The translations under genes were made by a program, and so were the position numbers. A DNA stretch of 64,000 nucleotides from an uncultured delta proteobacterium (GTDB taxonomy: Bacteria; Desulfobacterota; Binatia; UBA9968): assembly GCA_963727625.1 (NCBI GenBank), contig CAVSHR010000005.1:928001-992000 (forward strand). Reading direction: 5' to 3'. Below the pieces are notes generated by a model, which saw only the letters and a program-made list of their open reading frames with translations, was not told where the DNA came from and ran no database searches. Shown one piece after another: positions 48,426-59,543 of this stretch; position 1 is the first letter of the stretch, and the number at the start of each line of letters is the position of its first letter.

Positions 48426-49067
48426 TTAATGGATCGCTTGCGGGATGTTGAACCTTACATGATAACGGATGCCGATGTGGTCGATGCCTTCGTTTTCGCC
48501 GGGCAGAATACCTTTGTGCGACATATGATCGTAAAACAGCGATAGCCCCTGATTGCCCCGAAAGTAGGTTCCCAACTCGATGTTCAAGCGCGGCAACACG
48601 CGGTAGCCGAAACCGCAATCGCTGTCCTCGCGGCAGCCGACTTTGTCTTTGTGCAGCGGTCCGTTGTGCAGCGCCGCGCTCACGCCTCCCGAGAGAAAAA
48701 GATTTTTGGTTAAATTTCGCGTCAACCGGTCGGTGAGCCGGTTCGATAGACTCAATTCATAGTTCAGGCCGGCGTAAAACGCGCTGGTGTCGCCGTTGAA
48801 GTTTGGCGTCATACCCGCCATCGGCGCGGGTGAGCCGATCCATTTCCAATATTTCCAGTCGGGCGCCTTGAGTTGAATCTCCCAATTCGGATCGACGCCG
48901 CTTTCATGGCGGTCACTGCCCGGACCGCGATCGTGCAGAAACAAACCGAAGACCAGCTTGTGAATTGACGGCAAAGGCGAAGAGTCGGCCCCGCGCGCCC
49001 GCGCCAAAGGCGCGCCCATTACAAACAACAACAGCGAACAGATCACCACGGTTTTTTTCATCGCCAT
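48426..49067 (-). CDS. Acyloxyacyl hydrolase / PagL-like lipid A deacylase beta-barrel
   Basis: Signal peptide, amphipathic strands, YDHMSH and NEGID..GIRY matching the PagL H-x-S and N-x-G pattern. Confidence 0.7.
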   Translation of the reverse strand: MAMKKTVVICSLLLFVMGAPLARARGADSSPLPSIHKLVFGLFLHDRGPGSDRHESGVDPNWEIQLKAPDWKYWKWIGSPAPMAGMTPNFNGDTSAFYAGLNYELSLSNRLTDRLTRNLTKNLFLSGGVSAALHNGPLHKDKVGCREDSDCGFGYRVLPRLNIELGTYFRGNQGLSLFYDHMSHKGILPGENEGIDHIGIRYHVRFNIPQAIH

Positions 49068-49345
49068 CTCGTCGATAAATTACTAGAAACTTTATCTGCC
49101 CAAGTCAACGTCGGGCGATTTTTTGCGGGGAATTCAGTTGGCGGAATTTGCACCAAGCCCGGCGCCGGTTTCCCGCCGATCGGCGGTCGGTCATCGCCGG
49201 GATTCGACGGGGAACAAGATCGACCGGCCTCGTCAGCACCCGGTGCACTTTGATCGGGTCAAATTTTTCGAGGCAACCGCAGTGTGCCCATGTGAGGGGG
49301 AGGACTTCAATCCCTGTGATTGCGCTTCACGCTACGAAAAAGGCT

Positions 49346-50407
49346 TCAGAGCGGCGGCGCCTTGACGACAGTCGAGGAATCGATGCTGGCGATCGTCGGC
49401 CGGCCGCACTTGGCCATGGTGATTTCGATTTCTTCGCGCAGGATATGCATCACGCGCGAGACCCCTTGCTCGCCGGCGTACGCTAAACCCCAAAACAGCG
49501 GCCGGCCGATGAAAACCGCTTTCGCTCCCAGCGCGATCGCCTTGACCACGTCGGCGCCGCGCCGGATACCGCCGTCGAGATAAACTTCCAGTTTCCCCGC
49601 GGCGGCGTTCACCGCTTCACTTAGCACTTCGACGGTACCTAGCGTGTTGTCGAGATGTCGGCCGCCATGGTTGGAAACGATCACACCATCGGCACCGACT
49701 TCGGCGCACAGCGCCACGTCTTCGCCGGCCATGATGCCTTTGGCGACCACTGGCAGCCCGCCGATCGATTTGATCCATTCCAGATCTTTCCACGTTGCCG
49801 CCGGATCGCCACCGCCGGGATGGGCGCCACGCGGCGATCGCGGCCGGTCTTTGGAAAAATTGGTGCCGCGCCGATTCTCATATTGGTTGCGAATATTGCG
49901 CTCGCGCTTAGCCGGCCACTGGGAATCCAAGGTCACGCACACCGCTTCGTAACCGTCTCGCTTGGCACGCGCCAGCCACTCTTTGGTCATTTCACGGTCG
50001 CGGAACGGATAAAGCTGCAGCCAGAGCCGCCCGTTCGCTGCCTGGCTCAATTCTGTGAAGTCGGCGCTGGCATTCGCGCTCACGGCAAAAATCGAACCGC
50101 ATGCCGACGCGGCGCGAAAGGTCGCGAACTCACCTTCGGGGTGCGCTTTCTTGTGGCCGCCGCAGGGCGCGATCAAAACCGGGAAATCGACTTTGGCGCC
50201 CAATACCGTAGTCGATAGATCGAGCCCGCTCACATCGCGCAGCACGCGCGGGCGCAGCGCCCAGGAGGCATAGGCACGCCGGTTGCGATCGACGCTGATC
50301 TCATCGGTGGCGCCGCCGGCGATGTAATCGTATTCTTCCTTCGGCAACCGCTCACGGGCGATATCCTCGAAGTCAAAAAGATTGATCGGTTGAGGATTTG
50401 TGGTCAT
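49346..50407 (-). CDS. FMN-dependent alpha-hydroxy acid oxidase/dehydrogenase
   Basis: YDYIAGGA, LRPRVL, WLQLY, VSNHGGRHLD, DGGIRRGADV, IGRP. Confidence 0.92.
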   Translation of the reverse strand: MTTNPQPINLFDFEDIARERLPKEEYDYIAGGATDEISVDRNRRAYASWALRPRVLRDVSGLDLSTTVLGAKVDFPVLIAPCGGHKKAHPEGEFATFRAASACGSIFAVSANASADFTELSQAANGRLWLQLYPFRDREMTKEWLARAKRDGYEAVCVTLDSQWPAKRERNIRNQYENRRGTNFSKDRPRSPRGAHPGGGDPAATWKDLEWIKSIGGLPVVAKGIMAGEDVALCAEVGADGVIVSNHGGRHLDNTLGTVEVLSEAVNAAAGKLEVYLDGGIRRGADVVKAIALGAKAVFIGRPLFWGLAYAGEQGVSRVMHILREEIEITMAKCGRPTIASIDSSTVVKAPPL

Positions 50408-50505
50408 CGATTCCCCCATAAAGAATGCTTCGCCACGTTCAAAATCTAAATCCAGCGGATCGTTGTTTCATATCACCCGTTCTTCGCAGATCGCGTGGCG
50501 TTGTG

Positions 50506-51426
50506 TCAACGCCTCGCTGCCTGCTTCCTGACATCGCTAGCGACGGCCGCGCAGCTAGCTGTGCCGCGATCATGAAAACTCTGGCCGGCCACCGGGACGA
50601 ATTCCCATTCGTAGCGATCCGGATGAAGCGTCAGCTTGAGCACACCGTGAGCCACCGTGTTGCGTACTTCACTGTTGGCTTTGACTTTGCCGATCGAGTA
50701 GAGCCGGGCCCCGCCGGTGCCGACGATAAATTGCCGCACGCCGTGCAAGTCGCTTTCGCCCTTCGGATCCTGCGGCGCAAAGCGCTCGTAAATATGATCG
50801 TGCCCGGAGATCAGCAAGCTCACGCCGCGCGCAAAAAGAATTTTGTACAGGGCGTTCATGTAGGCATGGTCACCGTATTTGTTTCCTGAGCTGAAGCGTG
50901 GGTGGTGCCAATAAGCCGCGACGCAATGGGATCGGTTGGCTTGCAAGTCGGCGCGCAGCCAATCCTCCTGCGCGGCTCCCCAGCTCTTGGCGTTGCGGTT
51001 ACTATTGAGGGACACCACATGCCATGCGCCAAGGTCATAGCTATAATAGCCGCGGCCGGCGGGGCCGGCATTGTCGCCGAAATATTTGAAATAGGGCGCG
51101 GCTTGGGGAGACTCATAGTCGTGATTGCCCGGCGCGGGGCGGGTGCGAGATCGATGACGCCCCCAGGTCAGACCGTAGCACTCGACGAATTCTTGCGCCG
51201 TCCCATGCGAGTAAGCGTTATCTCCGGCGGTAAAAACCGTGCCGGGAATCTTGTCAAGCAAGCGCGCGGTAAGCTCGCTTTGGCGCTCGTCGCAGTTGGC
51301 AATATCTGCGGCGCCGACCAACACCGCATCGCCGGATCGGCTCTCGGCAAAAGAAATTGACCGGATATCGCCAACGGATATACACCAAAGGCAAAGAATC
51401 AAAATCTCCGCAAAGCGTCGTTGCAT
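50506..51426 (-). CDS. Secreted metallophosphoesterase
   Basis: AADIA, GDNAY, PGNHDY, WHHP, SGHDHIYERF. Confidence 0.85.
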   Translation of the reverse strand: MQRRFAEILILCLWCISVGDIRSISFAESRSGDAVLVGAADIANCDERQSELTARLLDKIPGTVFTAGDNAYSHGTAQEFVECYGLTWGRHRSRTRPAPGNHDYESPQAAPYFKYFGDNAGPAGRGYYSYDLGAWHVVSLNSNRNAKSWGAAQEDWLRADLQANRSHCVAAYWHHPRFSSGNKYGDHAYMNALYKILFARGVSLLISGHDHIYERFAPQDPKGESDLHGVRQFIVGTGGARLYSIGKVKANSEVRNTVAHGVLKLTLHPDRYEWEFVPVAGQSFHDRGTASCAAVASDVRKQAARR

Positions 51427-51608
51427 CCTGCTTTTCCGCTGACTCAAGTATCCCGACGGTTCGAAAATTAAGGCATCGCGCAATCTTATCGTGACCCGCA
51501 GGTGCTCGCTGGCCGCAGCGAGTTGTCGACATGGGTCAAAAGTGACTGGCGGGGCGCGCGCTGGGTTGGGCGTCGAAATCCGATTGTTTTATCTCTCGAT
51601 AGTCAAAG

Positions 51609-52547
51609 CTATTGAGCATAAAGTTTCCTGATATAGCCGATATCGTCGATCTCCTTGACATAATGCAAGTCCCAGAGCGCCAGCGGATTAAAGTCTTTGA
51701 TTTCCGGATCGCGTTTCACGCCGAGGGCGAAGACGTTCTGAATCGCTTCGATCGACGGATACGGAACGCTCTCCAACGACTCCGCCTGGTTGTCGTAAAA
51801 ACAATCCCACTCATCGTCGCTGCGCATCTTGAGCAACTCCGAGCAGTGTTCCTGGACGATTTTCAACGTGTCGGCCTTTTTGGTCTTGAAAAAGTGGATG
51901 CCATCGATCAGCGCCATGATCAGCGACCTGCACTCGTCTTCATGCTTATTCACGTACGTGGTGGTCGTCGTCAGTGTCACGCCTTCGATCATCGCCATGG
52001 GCGGCACTTCGATGATCTTGGCGCCGAATTTGAGCGCGCGCAACCGGTCCACCGCTCGGATGAACGTGGCGTCATATTTGCCGTCGAGCACGCCCTTTGC
52101 ACGTTCGGCTCCCTTCACCGGATCGGTAACCAACTCGACGTCGCGCCCTTCTTCCAAACCATGCAGTCTGAGATAAAGCCAGACATTGAGTCCGGTGTGG
52201 CCGTCGTAGTCGTCCATGGCAACCTTCTTGCCCTTGAGATCGGCAAGTCCATTGATACCCTTGCCACAGACCAGAAAGTTCTCGCGCCAAGAGTTGTTGC
52301 TCTGGCCGATATGCACGTAGGGGTCGCCGTTGAGCGCCTTGCGCGCGTAGAGGTTATGATGGTTGCCCGAGACGATGTCGAGATCGCCCGCCTTCAAGCC
52401 CTCGGCAGCGCGTTTGCGCTGGCCTTCGAGCGAGCCCATTTCCATCGACAACCCGTGTTTCTCGAGAAATCCGCCCTCCTCCATCACTTTCCACAGCGGC
52501 ACGTGACTCGGCGCCCGATAATAAATTTTAATTTTCTTCCCAGCCAT
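51609..52547 (-). CDS. NMT1/SsuA-like substrate-binding protein (no obvious signal peptide)
   Basis: GFLEKHGL, LADLKGKKVA, GLEEGRDVELV; GGAGG RBS before ATG 52547. Confidence 0.7.
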   Translation of the reverse strand: MAGKKIKIYYRAPSHVPLWKVMEEGGFLEKHGLSMEMGSLEGQRKRAAEGLKAGDLDIVSGNHHNLYARKALNGDPYVHIGQSNNSWRENFLVCGKGINGLADLKGKKVAMDDYDGHTGLNVWLYLRLHGLEEGRDVELVTDPVKGAERAKGVLDGKYDATFIRAVDRLRALKFGAKIIEVPPMAMIEGVTLTTTTTYVNKHEDECRSLIMALIDGIHFFKTKKADTLKIVQEHCSELLKMRSDDEWDCFYDNQAESLESVPYPSIEAIQNVFALGVKRDPEIKDFNPLALWDLHYVKEIDDIGYIRKLYAQ

Positions 52548-52708
52548 GATTCCTCCCGCCTTTTCTACAATTGATCGAACGGTTTGAACGGATGCTATTT
52601 CCCCTTGAGCAGTTTCCAAACATTTTCGCGATATTTGCGATCCCCGGTAGCGATCCAATTTAAATTGGTGCCGTCGAATTCCTTAACACGGCCATGAATT
52701 CGAACCCG

Positions 52709-53443
52709 TTAAACCGGCTCTTCATCGAGGAGCTTGCAGTAGTAACGCCAGTTCGATTGGCTATGCACCGACTTGAAGCTGCCACGAGACTTGCCGGCCA
52801 TGATGTCGATGTCTTCTTGGGGAATCGGCCGGGGCGTGCCGAGCAGATTGGCTTGGTAGTTGATCACCGCCGCGTCGTTGAGTTTGATCGCCGTCAGCGT
52901 CGCTTCTTCGATGTTCACTCCGGAGCTGGTAATGCCGTGACCGCGCATGAGGCAGGCCTGTTTGTCACCCATCGCCCGCGCGAATTCCTCGCCGAGCTGT
53001 TCGCTCGACACCGTGATGCTGCGCGGATAATTCGCCAGGCCATCGACGATGAGGCGCAGGCCGGACGGATCATAGGCGCCATACAGTGGCTGAATGGGTT
53101 TGTCACAGATCGTAAATAGCACCACGGTCAACGGATGAACATGCACGACGCATTCGACATCGGGACGGGTTTTATAGAGCCAAGTATGGATGAAGACTTC
53201 CTGCGGCGTTTCCAGTCCGTCATCACCGGCGACTTTTTTGCCGTTGAAGTCGACGGTGATGATGTCGCGCGCGGCGACGAAGCGCAGACCCGACTCGTCG
53301 GGACCGCGCGCTTTGATCAGCACGCGCTCTTCGCCGGGCACCCGCGCGCTCACGTGGCCGCTCGGTTCTTTAGTTAAGTTTAGTTTACCGAGAATGCGGC
53401 AGGACTGCGCGACCCGCGCGCGCAGCTTGGAGATATCACTCAT
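52709..53443 (-). CDS. Class II aldolase/adducin family protein
   Basis: GHVSARVPG, EVFIH..YKTRPDV.CVVHVHP, LMRGHG. Confidence 0.88.
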   Translation of the reverse strand: MSDISKLRARVAQSCRILGKLNLTKEPSGHVSARVPGEERVLIKARGPDESGLRFVAARDIITVDFNGKKVAGDDGLETPQEVFIHTWLYKTRPDVECVVHVHPLTVVLFTICDKPIQPLYGAYDPSGLRLIVDGLANYPRSITVSSEQLGEEFARAMGDKQACLMRGHGITSSGVNIEEATLTAIKLNDAAVINYQANLLGTPRPIPQEDIDIMAGKSRGSFKSVHSQSNWRYYCKLLDEEPV

Positions 53444-53669
53444 AGGTCTGTATCCTCGATTGCAATGGGTCGCGCCGAAAAGCGGCGACGGCCGAATCAT
53501 ATGCGCGAGCTAGCGCCAAGGCAAGCGGTTAGTTTCGGGCATAGCTCGAAATCGACCCGGCGCCGCCATCGGCACGGTGCGGGATCTTCCTCAAACGTTT
53601 TCGCCGACGCCGGAAGAGTGAGACAAAAACCCTCCGGGCTGAGCCGAAGGGCCGATTCGAGACAAGCGC

Positions 53670-54836
53670 TTATTCGTTGACGGCGCGGGGCGTGCGATCT
53701 TGACCGATTTGTTCGATGGACTCCATGAGATGGGTATCGATGAAAGGGTTCTGATGAGCATCGCGAACGATACCCATCGGATCCTGCCCCTGCTGCACTC
53801 TTTTCATCTCGCGGAACATCACTTCACGCAATAGGAGGACGCCGCGGTCGGAACTCGTCAGTCTTTCGGTTGTGCGGTCACAGATCGGCCCCTGAGTTTC
53901 CCAAGCCATGTGGTCCTGCGCCTGCACCGCGTCCATGCGGAATCTGGTGTAGGGATGCAGCGCATCGGGTGGATTCTTGTAAGGCTTGATGTATTCCACC
54001 GGCGGCTCGTCGTTCTCGACGATCTCGCCGTTTTTGCTCGGAAAGAAACGGACGAAATAGACTTTCGTGTGGGTGTCGTCCATCGGCACCCGGATCTGGC
54101 CGACGTTGCCCTGACGCAAGATGTTCGGGAAGAGGACGGGATGCTCGTCGACCATGCCGTTCTTGTAGGTGCGCCGCTTCATCAGACCGTAAGAAACTTC
54201 ATAGAAGTCGAATTCTTGGACGTCATCGGTCAATCCTCGTGTGCTGTCCTGAATCGGCCGGCCGCGGTTGGCGGTATCCTGATGGAGAATCTGCAAATGC
54301 GCCGGATCCATCGAGTTCTCCATCGCTTGAAACCAGTTACAATCGAGCTGCGGCTGGATGAAAATCTTCCGGCGGCCATCCTTGCGAAACCAAACATCGA
54401 AATTGGTAAACAGTGGCGCCGGCTGCGGGCCCAGATAAGCCCAGTACAAACCCACCAGTTCTTGCACCGGGTACGCTTTCTGCTTCACCGTCAGATGGAA
54501 CTTGCTGCTGCACGGCTCCGCGGGCGTCTCCAAGCAGCTGCCTTGGGTGTCGAAAAGCCAACCGTGATACGGGCAAGCCACGCCGCGCTCTTCGACTCGG
54601 CCGTACGACAGCGACGCGCCGCGGTGCGGACAGCGATCGTTCAGCAAACCGACGTTGCCCTTTTTATCGCGGAACAACACCAGCGTCTCGCCGAGTATAC
54701 GAACCAACTGAGTCGGGTTCTCCTCTGTCAATTCGCTCGCCACGCCCACCGGAAACCAATAACGGCGCAACAATTCGCCCGCCGGGGTTCCTGGACCTAC
54801 ACGTGTGAGCCTGTCATTTTCTTCCCGCGTCAACAT
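53670..54836 (-). CDS. Rieske non-heme iron oxygenase (phthalate 4,5-dioxygenase/LigX-like)
   Basis: CPHR...CPYHGW; ENSMDPAHLQILH; QDHMAWETQG. Confidence 0.9.
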   Translation of the reverse strand: MLTREENDRLTRVGPGTPAGELLRRYWFPVGVASELTEENPTQLVRILGETLVLFRDKKGNVGLLNDRCPHRGASLSYGRVEERGVACPYHGWLFDTQGSCLETPAEPCSSKFHLTVKQKAYPVQELVGLYWAYLGPQPAPLFTNFDVWFRKDGRRKIFIQPQLDCNWFQAMENSMDPAHLQILHQDTANRGRPIQDSTRGLTDDVQEFDFYEVSYGLMKRRTYKNGMVDEHPVLFPNILRQGNVGQIRVPMDDTHTKVYFVRFFPSKNGEIVENDEPPVEYIKPYKNPPDALHPYTRFRMDAVQAQDHMAWETQGPICDRTTERLTSSDRGVLLLREVMFREMKRVQQGQDPMGIVRDAHQNPFIDTHLMESIEQIGQDRTPRAVNE

Positions 54837-55131
54837 GCCGTTCTCCTCCGTCGAAATGGATCGTCAACTTCTTCTTCTGCGATTTCAGTTTTCTTTTTTC
54901 GCAAGCAGTCAGTTTAGAAATACTCCACACCGTGTCGGATCATAGACGAATCCGCCCCCTTCGCGCAAGGCCGGAAGCGAAAAAAGCCGTGTAAATTCAA
55001 TAAGTTATATTATGTATGGAATTTTGATACTTTAACGATCGCAGCTGGCCAGGCGCGGCGGGAATTCTTACCGGAAGAAATGGAATGGATTGTCGCCCGA
55101 CGCCAAAACGCGGGCAGAAGAAAATCGAGGG

Positions 55132-56316
55132 TTACGACGCGGCTCGGTCTCGGCTAGGTTGGCGACTCTCGGCGCTCTTGAGCCCGATTCGTTCGTTGAT
55201 CACGCCGAGATCGATCAGCTGGTTTTTTTCCGGATCGCGGAGGATACCCAAGGGGTCGAGTCCCTGACCCACGCGCTCGATCTGCTCGCGCAGAAGTTTC
55301 CTGAGCTCAATGACCCCTTCGTCACCGACGCCGAGGTGTTCCTGCGCTCGGTCGGTCCGCGCCCCTTGGGTTTCCCATGCCATCGAATCCTGCGCCGGAA
55401 TCATATTCATCTTGTACTCACGCGGACCGCTTTTAAGTTGCACGAAACGCAACGGCACCGGCGCGCTTGCCGGCGATCGTTCGGAGTCCATCGGTAAAAA
55501 ATTCACGCGAAACACCTGGGTATGAAAATCGTCCACCGGCACGCGAATCTGTAAATTATGGCGGTGCCCGCTACCCTCATTAAATGGCGCCACGTGCCGC
55601 AACACAGTCGGGAAAAGCAACGGATGATCGTCCACTGCCGGCGCTCCGCCGGTTGCCAACGGTAAAGTCGTGCGGCGTTTTCTGATGCCGTACTCGAAGC
55701 GGATAAACTCGTGCTTCTCGGCGTAGGTTTTCACTGCCGGCACAAAGCGCTCGGTATCGCCGTGGAGCCAAAAAAGATGCGATGGGTCAACGGAGTTCTC
55801 CATCGGCTGGAGCCAGTTGCAATCGATGATCGATTCTTTGACGATCCAGCGCCGGCCGTGCTCCCAAACCAGCACGTCCCAACGCGGCAGCAACGGCGCG
55901 GGCGCGGGACCGAGATACGCGTAGATAAGCCCGCCCAAATACTCCACCGGATAGGCGACATGCCGGATGCGGTCCTTGAACCGGCCCTCGGGCGGCTCGG
56001 CCGGCTGTTCGAGACACTTGCCCGCTCCATTGAATTTCCAGCCGTGATAGGGGCAGCGAATCCCTTCCTCGTCGACGCGCCCGTAGGCGAGGGAAGCCAT
56101 CCGATGCGGGCAATGCTCGCCGACCAAGCCGTACTTTCCCGTCTTGTCCCGATAGACCACCAGCTCTTCGTTGAGAATCTTCACCGCTTTGACCGGTTTC
56201 TCGTCGGTCAGCTCGGCGGCGGCGGCCACCGGATGCCAGTAACGGCGCAATAGCTCGCCGCACGGCGTGCCGCGGTTCACCTGGGTTAGCAGTTCGTTCT
56301 CTTCTCTTGTGAGCAT
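55132..56316 (-). CDS. Rieske non-heme iron oxygenase paralog
   Basis: MLTREENELL start; CPHR...CPYHGW; ENSVDPSHLFWLH; QDSMAWETQG. Confidence 0.9.
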   Translation of the reverse strand: MLTREENELLTQVNRGTPCGELLRRYWHPVAAAAELTDEKPVKAVKILNEELVVYRDKTGKYGLVGEHCPHRMASLAYGRVDEEGIRCPYHGWKFNGAGKCLEQPAEPPEGRFKDRIRHVAYPVEYLGGLIYAYLGPAPAPLLPRWDVLVWEHGRRWIVKESIIDCNWLQPMENSVDPSHLFWLHGDTERFVPAVKTYAEKHEFIRFEYGIRKRRTTLPLATGGAPAVDDHPLLFPTVLRHVAPFNEGSGHRHNLQIRVPVDDFHTQVFRVNFLPMDSERSPASAPVPLRFVQLKSGPREYKMNMIPAQDSMAWETQGARTDRAQEHLGVGDEGVIELRKLLREQIERVGQGLDPLGILRDPEKNQLIDLGVINERIGLKSAESRQPSRDRAAS

Positions 56317-56369
56317 ATTCGATTCACCATTCCGATATTTTACGCCGAGAGCCCGTCGACGCTTGCTAG

Positions 56370-57032
56370 TTATTTCTTGTTCAGCATTTGTTCGTAGCCA
56401 AGCTTTTCCAACATTTCCATACCGGAGTGCCCCTTGCGGATGCCGGCGGCCATTTCTTGTTCCTTGGCATAGACCGCTTCCGCCGCCGTCACGACTTCGT
56501 CTTCCTTTTCTCGTGGAATGATCACCACGCCGCTGCCGTCGGCGATCACCAAATCGCCGGGACGGCACTGCACGCCGGCAAATTGAATTTCTTGATTGAA
56601 AGACTCCTGCACGACCCGCCCGCGCGCGGTCATCGGCACCGCGCCGCGCGCGTAAACCGGAAACTCGAGTTCACGTGCCTCGTCGATGTCGCGGGACGCG
56701 CCGTCGATAACCACGCCGCTCAGGCCTTTCAATTTCGCGGAAAGGGCCAGCAAACCGCCCCAGCAGGAGAACTCCAGCTTGCCGCTGTTGTCGATGACGA
56801 TGATGTCGCCCGGCCGTGCCGCCTCGATCGGCGCCGTGCCAAGATGCTGCGTCGGTTGCTCTAGCCCGGCCGGTTTGATTTTCATTGTCACCGCGCGGCC
56901 GACGATGCGCGGGCAATGCCACTGGGGGCGCACGCCCCAAGTCGCGCCTTTCAAACTCAAGCTATCCAACGCATCCGACACCGCGCAGGTGTCGAGCTTG
57001 GCCAAACGTTCGACGATCACTTCTCTAGCCAT
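56370..57032 (-). CDS. RraA / HMG-CHA aldolase family protein
   Basis: AVSDALD, GRAVT, WGGLL, IDGASRD, PGDLVIADGSGV. Confidence 0.85.
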   Translation of the reverse strand: MAREVIVERLAKLDTCAVSDALDSLSLKGATWGVRPQWHCPRIVGRAVTMKIKPAGLEQPTQHLGTAPIEAARPGDIIVIDNSGKLEFSCWGGLLALSAKLKGLSGVVIDGASRDIDEARELEFPVYARGAVPMTARGRVVQESFNQEIQFAGVQCRPGDLVIADGSGVVIIPREKEDEVVTAAEAVYAKEQEMAAGIRKGHSGMEMLEKLGYEQMLNKK

Positions 57033-57174
57033 TCAATTTCTTTCCGATAAACACCCTTTTCTCATTGCTCATCGCGCCGGGTGTCGTTCCGAGCAACCCG
57101 CAAAATCGGTTTTTTCCAATTCCATCTTGAATCCGAATCAAAACCCGAGACCCAAGATTCAAGACTTGAAACTC

Positions 57175-58131
57175 TTATATCCAGTACGCGAACCCCATCC
57201 CGCAACCGGTCGCCGCCGGGGAGCGATAAGTGGTGACGTATTCAAAGTACTTGAGCTCGCGCTCCTCCATCGCGCCGGCCATGGCGACCCAATTGAGAAT
57301 CTCCGAGGTGCCGCCCCAGAGTCTCTCGCGGGGCAAGCGAAACAGCAGTTCCGATTTCTTGTTTTTGAGCCCTTCGATGGTCATTTGATCGATTTCCTCG
57401 TCGATCACCACGTGGCTCAACCCGCCGGAAGCCATAAGGGCCACTCGCTTTTCACTATCCCAGGATTCGATCGCCTGGCGCAAGGCAAGGCCGAAGTCAT
57501 AGCAGCGCTTGGGCGTCGGTTGGTTCGGCGGGAAATACGTATTCACCATCACCGGAACCATCGGCATTTTACTGCCCGGCAGCACCCTGCGATAAAGAAA
57601 ACTAAAGGCGTGGCCGACGCCGATTTCAGGTCTAAGCTTGTTGCATCTGGTGATATCGAACTCAGCCGCGCTGAGCGCACGGATCAAATGCTCTGCCAAC
57701 GCCGGATCGGTTTCGTACTCGGGAGCAGTGGCCGCCCAACCGCGTTCTTCAGCGTCCTTCCAACCGGCCGGATTGCGCCCGGTGTGCGTCACCACCGGCA
57801 GCGACTTGCCGTGGTAGATAGCGAACATCGGCATGTTGTCGTCGTGAAACTGCTCATGCTGGTCGTCGCCCAAGACAACCACCACATCGGCCATTGCCTC
57901 CCGCAGTGCATCGCCCAAGTTTTTGACCGCTTTAAGGCAAGCTTCGTCGCGTTCTTGAAATTTTTCCCCTGTGAGTTCCTCTTCCAAGCCCGGCTTCGCC
58001 CGTTTGACCAAGCTCGGGTAATCGAGACGCGGGTCGGTCTGGTCTTTCCTAAGCAGATAATCCCAGTCCTTCGCTCTAATGCTCAATTGCGGGCTATGCG
58101 ACGTCGCCATTCCTAGAACGATCTCAGCCAT
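57175..58131 (-). CDS. LigB-like (class III) extradiol ring-cleavage dioxygenase
   Basis: ATSHSP, GDDQHEQF, GHAF, ASGGLSH, GTSEILNW. Confidence 0.8.
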   Translation of the reverse strand: MAEIVLGMATSHSPQLSIRAKDWDYLLRKDQTDPRLDYPSLVKRAKPGLEEELTGEKFQERDEACLKAVKNLGDALREAMADVVVVLGDDQHEQFHDDNMPMFAIYHGKSLPVVTHTGRNPAGWKDAEERGWAATAPEYETDPALAEHLIRALSAAEFDITRCNKLRPEIGVGHAFSFLYRRVLPGSKMPMVPVMVNTYFPPNQPTPKRCYDFGLALRQAIESWDSEKRVALMASGGLSHVVIDEEIDQMTIEGLKNKKSELLFRLPRERLWGGTSEILNWVAMAGAMEERELKYFEYVTTYRSPAATGCGMGFAYWI

Positions 58132-58468
58132 GTTTAGACCCTTCCTTCGATCCTCGGATGCACGCCATTGTGGCGAAACGTTAACCGACTCAGAACCTGT
58201 ATAAATAAACTTCGCCCGCTGTCAAGCGACGCAGATTTCTCCGAGCCGACTCACGCACCCCCAAACCGATAAAGCCGGGTGAGTCTTTATTTTGGCCGCA
58301 TGCTTGCCTAAGGAATAGATAACGATAAATTTACTTTGATGACAGCCACCGGATTTTCTACGACAGCGAGTCTCCGGGACTGGCTAAAAAGACCGCGATG
58401 GCCCGTATTTCGATTGAATCCAACTCAAGTGGTGGCGGCAATCATTTATTTTGATAAAGGAGGTCATT

Positions 58469-59522
58469 ATGCATAGCAACATGACAGGGCGCGTCATCTC
58501 ATTGGTTTTGTTCGGCGGGCTAACGCTCTACCCGGCCATGGGGTATTCCGCTCCGCTGGACCGGTATATCGAGGGCGCCAAGAAAGAAGCTTCCGTGCGC
58601 GTGGGAATCACCATCCGGCAGAAAGTCCAAGGGCAAGGTCGCCGGACAAAAATATTTAGACGCGTTTGAAAAACGCTACCCGTTCTTGAAAGTCAAATTC
58701 AAAAGAATCGGCGGAGCTCGAGAGCGCAATCGAATCATTTCTGAGATGGCTGGCGGGGTCGTGAATTTTGACGTTGCCACGGTGAGTGAAACCATGATCC
58801 CGACGATCGTGGATGCAAAATTGGTGCAGGTTGTCGATTGGAAAAAACTCGGCGTACCCGAAGCGCTGCGCCATCCGAAAAATATCGGCGTGACCCTGCG
58901 CACCCCGGTATTCGGCATCGCCTACAATCGCGATTTGATCCCGGACAACGTCGCCAAGACCTTCACCTGGGAAACCTGTACCGACCCAAAATGGAAAGGA
59001 AAAGCCGCCACGGACGACCGTCCGCGACACTTGAACGAGCTCTATTACGCCTGGGGTAAAGAAAAAACACTGGATTATGCCAAGCGTTGGGCCGCCAATA
59101 AGCCGGCCATGGAGCCGAGCCGTTCCACCGGAGCGCAAAAACTGGCTTCGGGGGCGTACCATTTGATCTGCGGCATGCCGCGCCGGCAGGTGAAAGACCT
59201 CCAGGTTTACGGCGGCAACAAATCCATCGGCATCGTATACCCGGAACCCGTCCCGGTTGGCATCGGCGATCTCATCTTTGTGACCCAGAAGGCCAAGAAC
59301 CCCAACGCGGCGACGCTGTTCGTGCAATGGACAACCACCCCGGAAGCGCAAAAACTTTTGGATGACGTGGATTTTTCCGGCCACCCCTCGTTCGACGGCA
59401 GCGATGTCAACCAGATCGTCAAAGGCAAGAAAGTCGCGTATGGGACATGGGAGCAGGCCGCTGAGTCCGACAAGGTTCTCGCTGAGATTCTGCAAGCCAT
59501 GGGTTTTCCGGTCGTCCGTTAG
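58469..59522 (+). CDS. ABC substrate-binding protein with an apparent +1 frameshift near 58620-58635
   Basis: Signal peptide and IEGAKKEA in one frame; YLDAFEKRYPFLKV...DPKWKGK...NPNAA in the next; AGGAGG RBS. Confidence 0.8.
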
Positions 59523-59543
59523 GATTCAGCGCCGCTCACAAAC

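Noticed and set aside
56317-56568. N-terminal extension of the 478-aa Rieske ORF
   Set aside because: Overlaps the RraA-family gene; the paralog indicates the true start is MLTREEN at 56316
58600-58690. Programmed ribosomal frameshift in the binding protein gene
   Set aside because: No slippery heptamer or downstream structure evident; a single-base error or mutation is simpler
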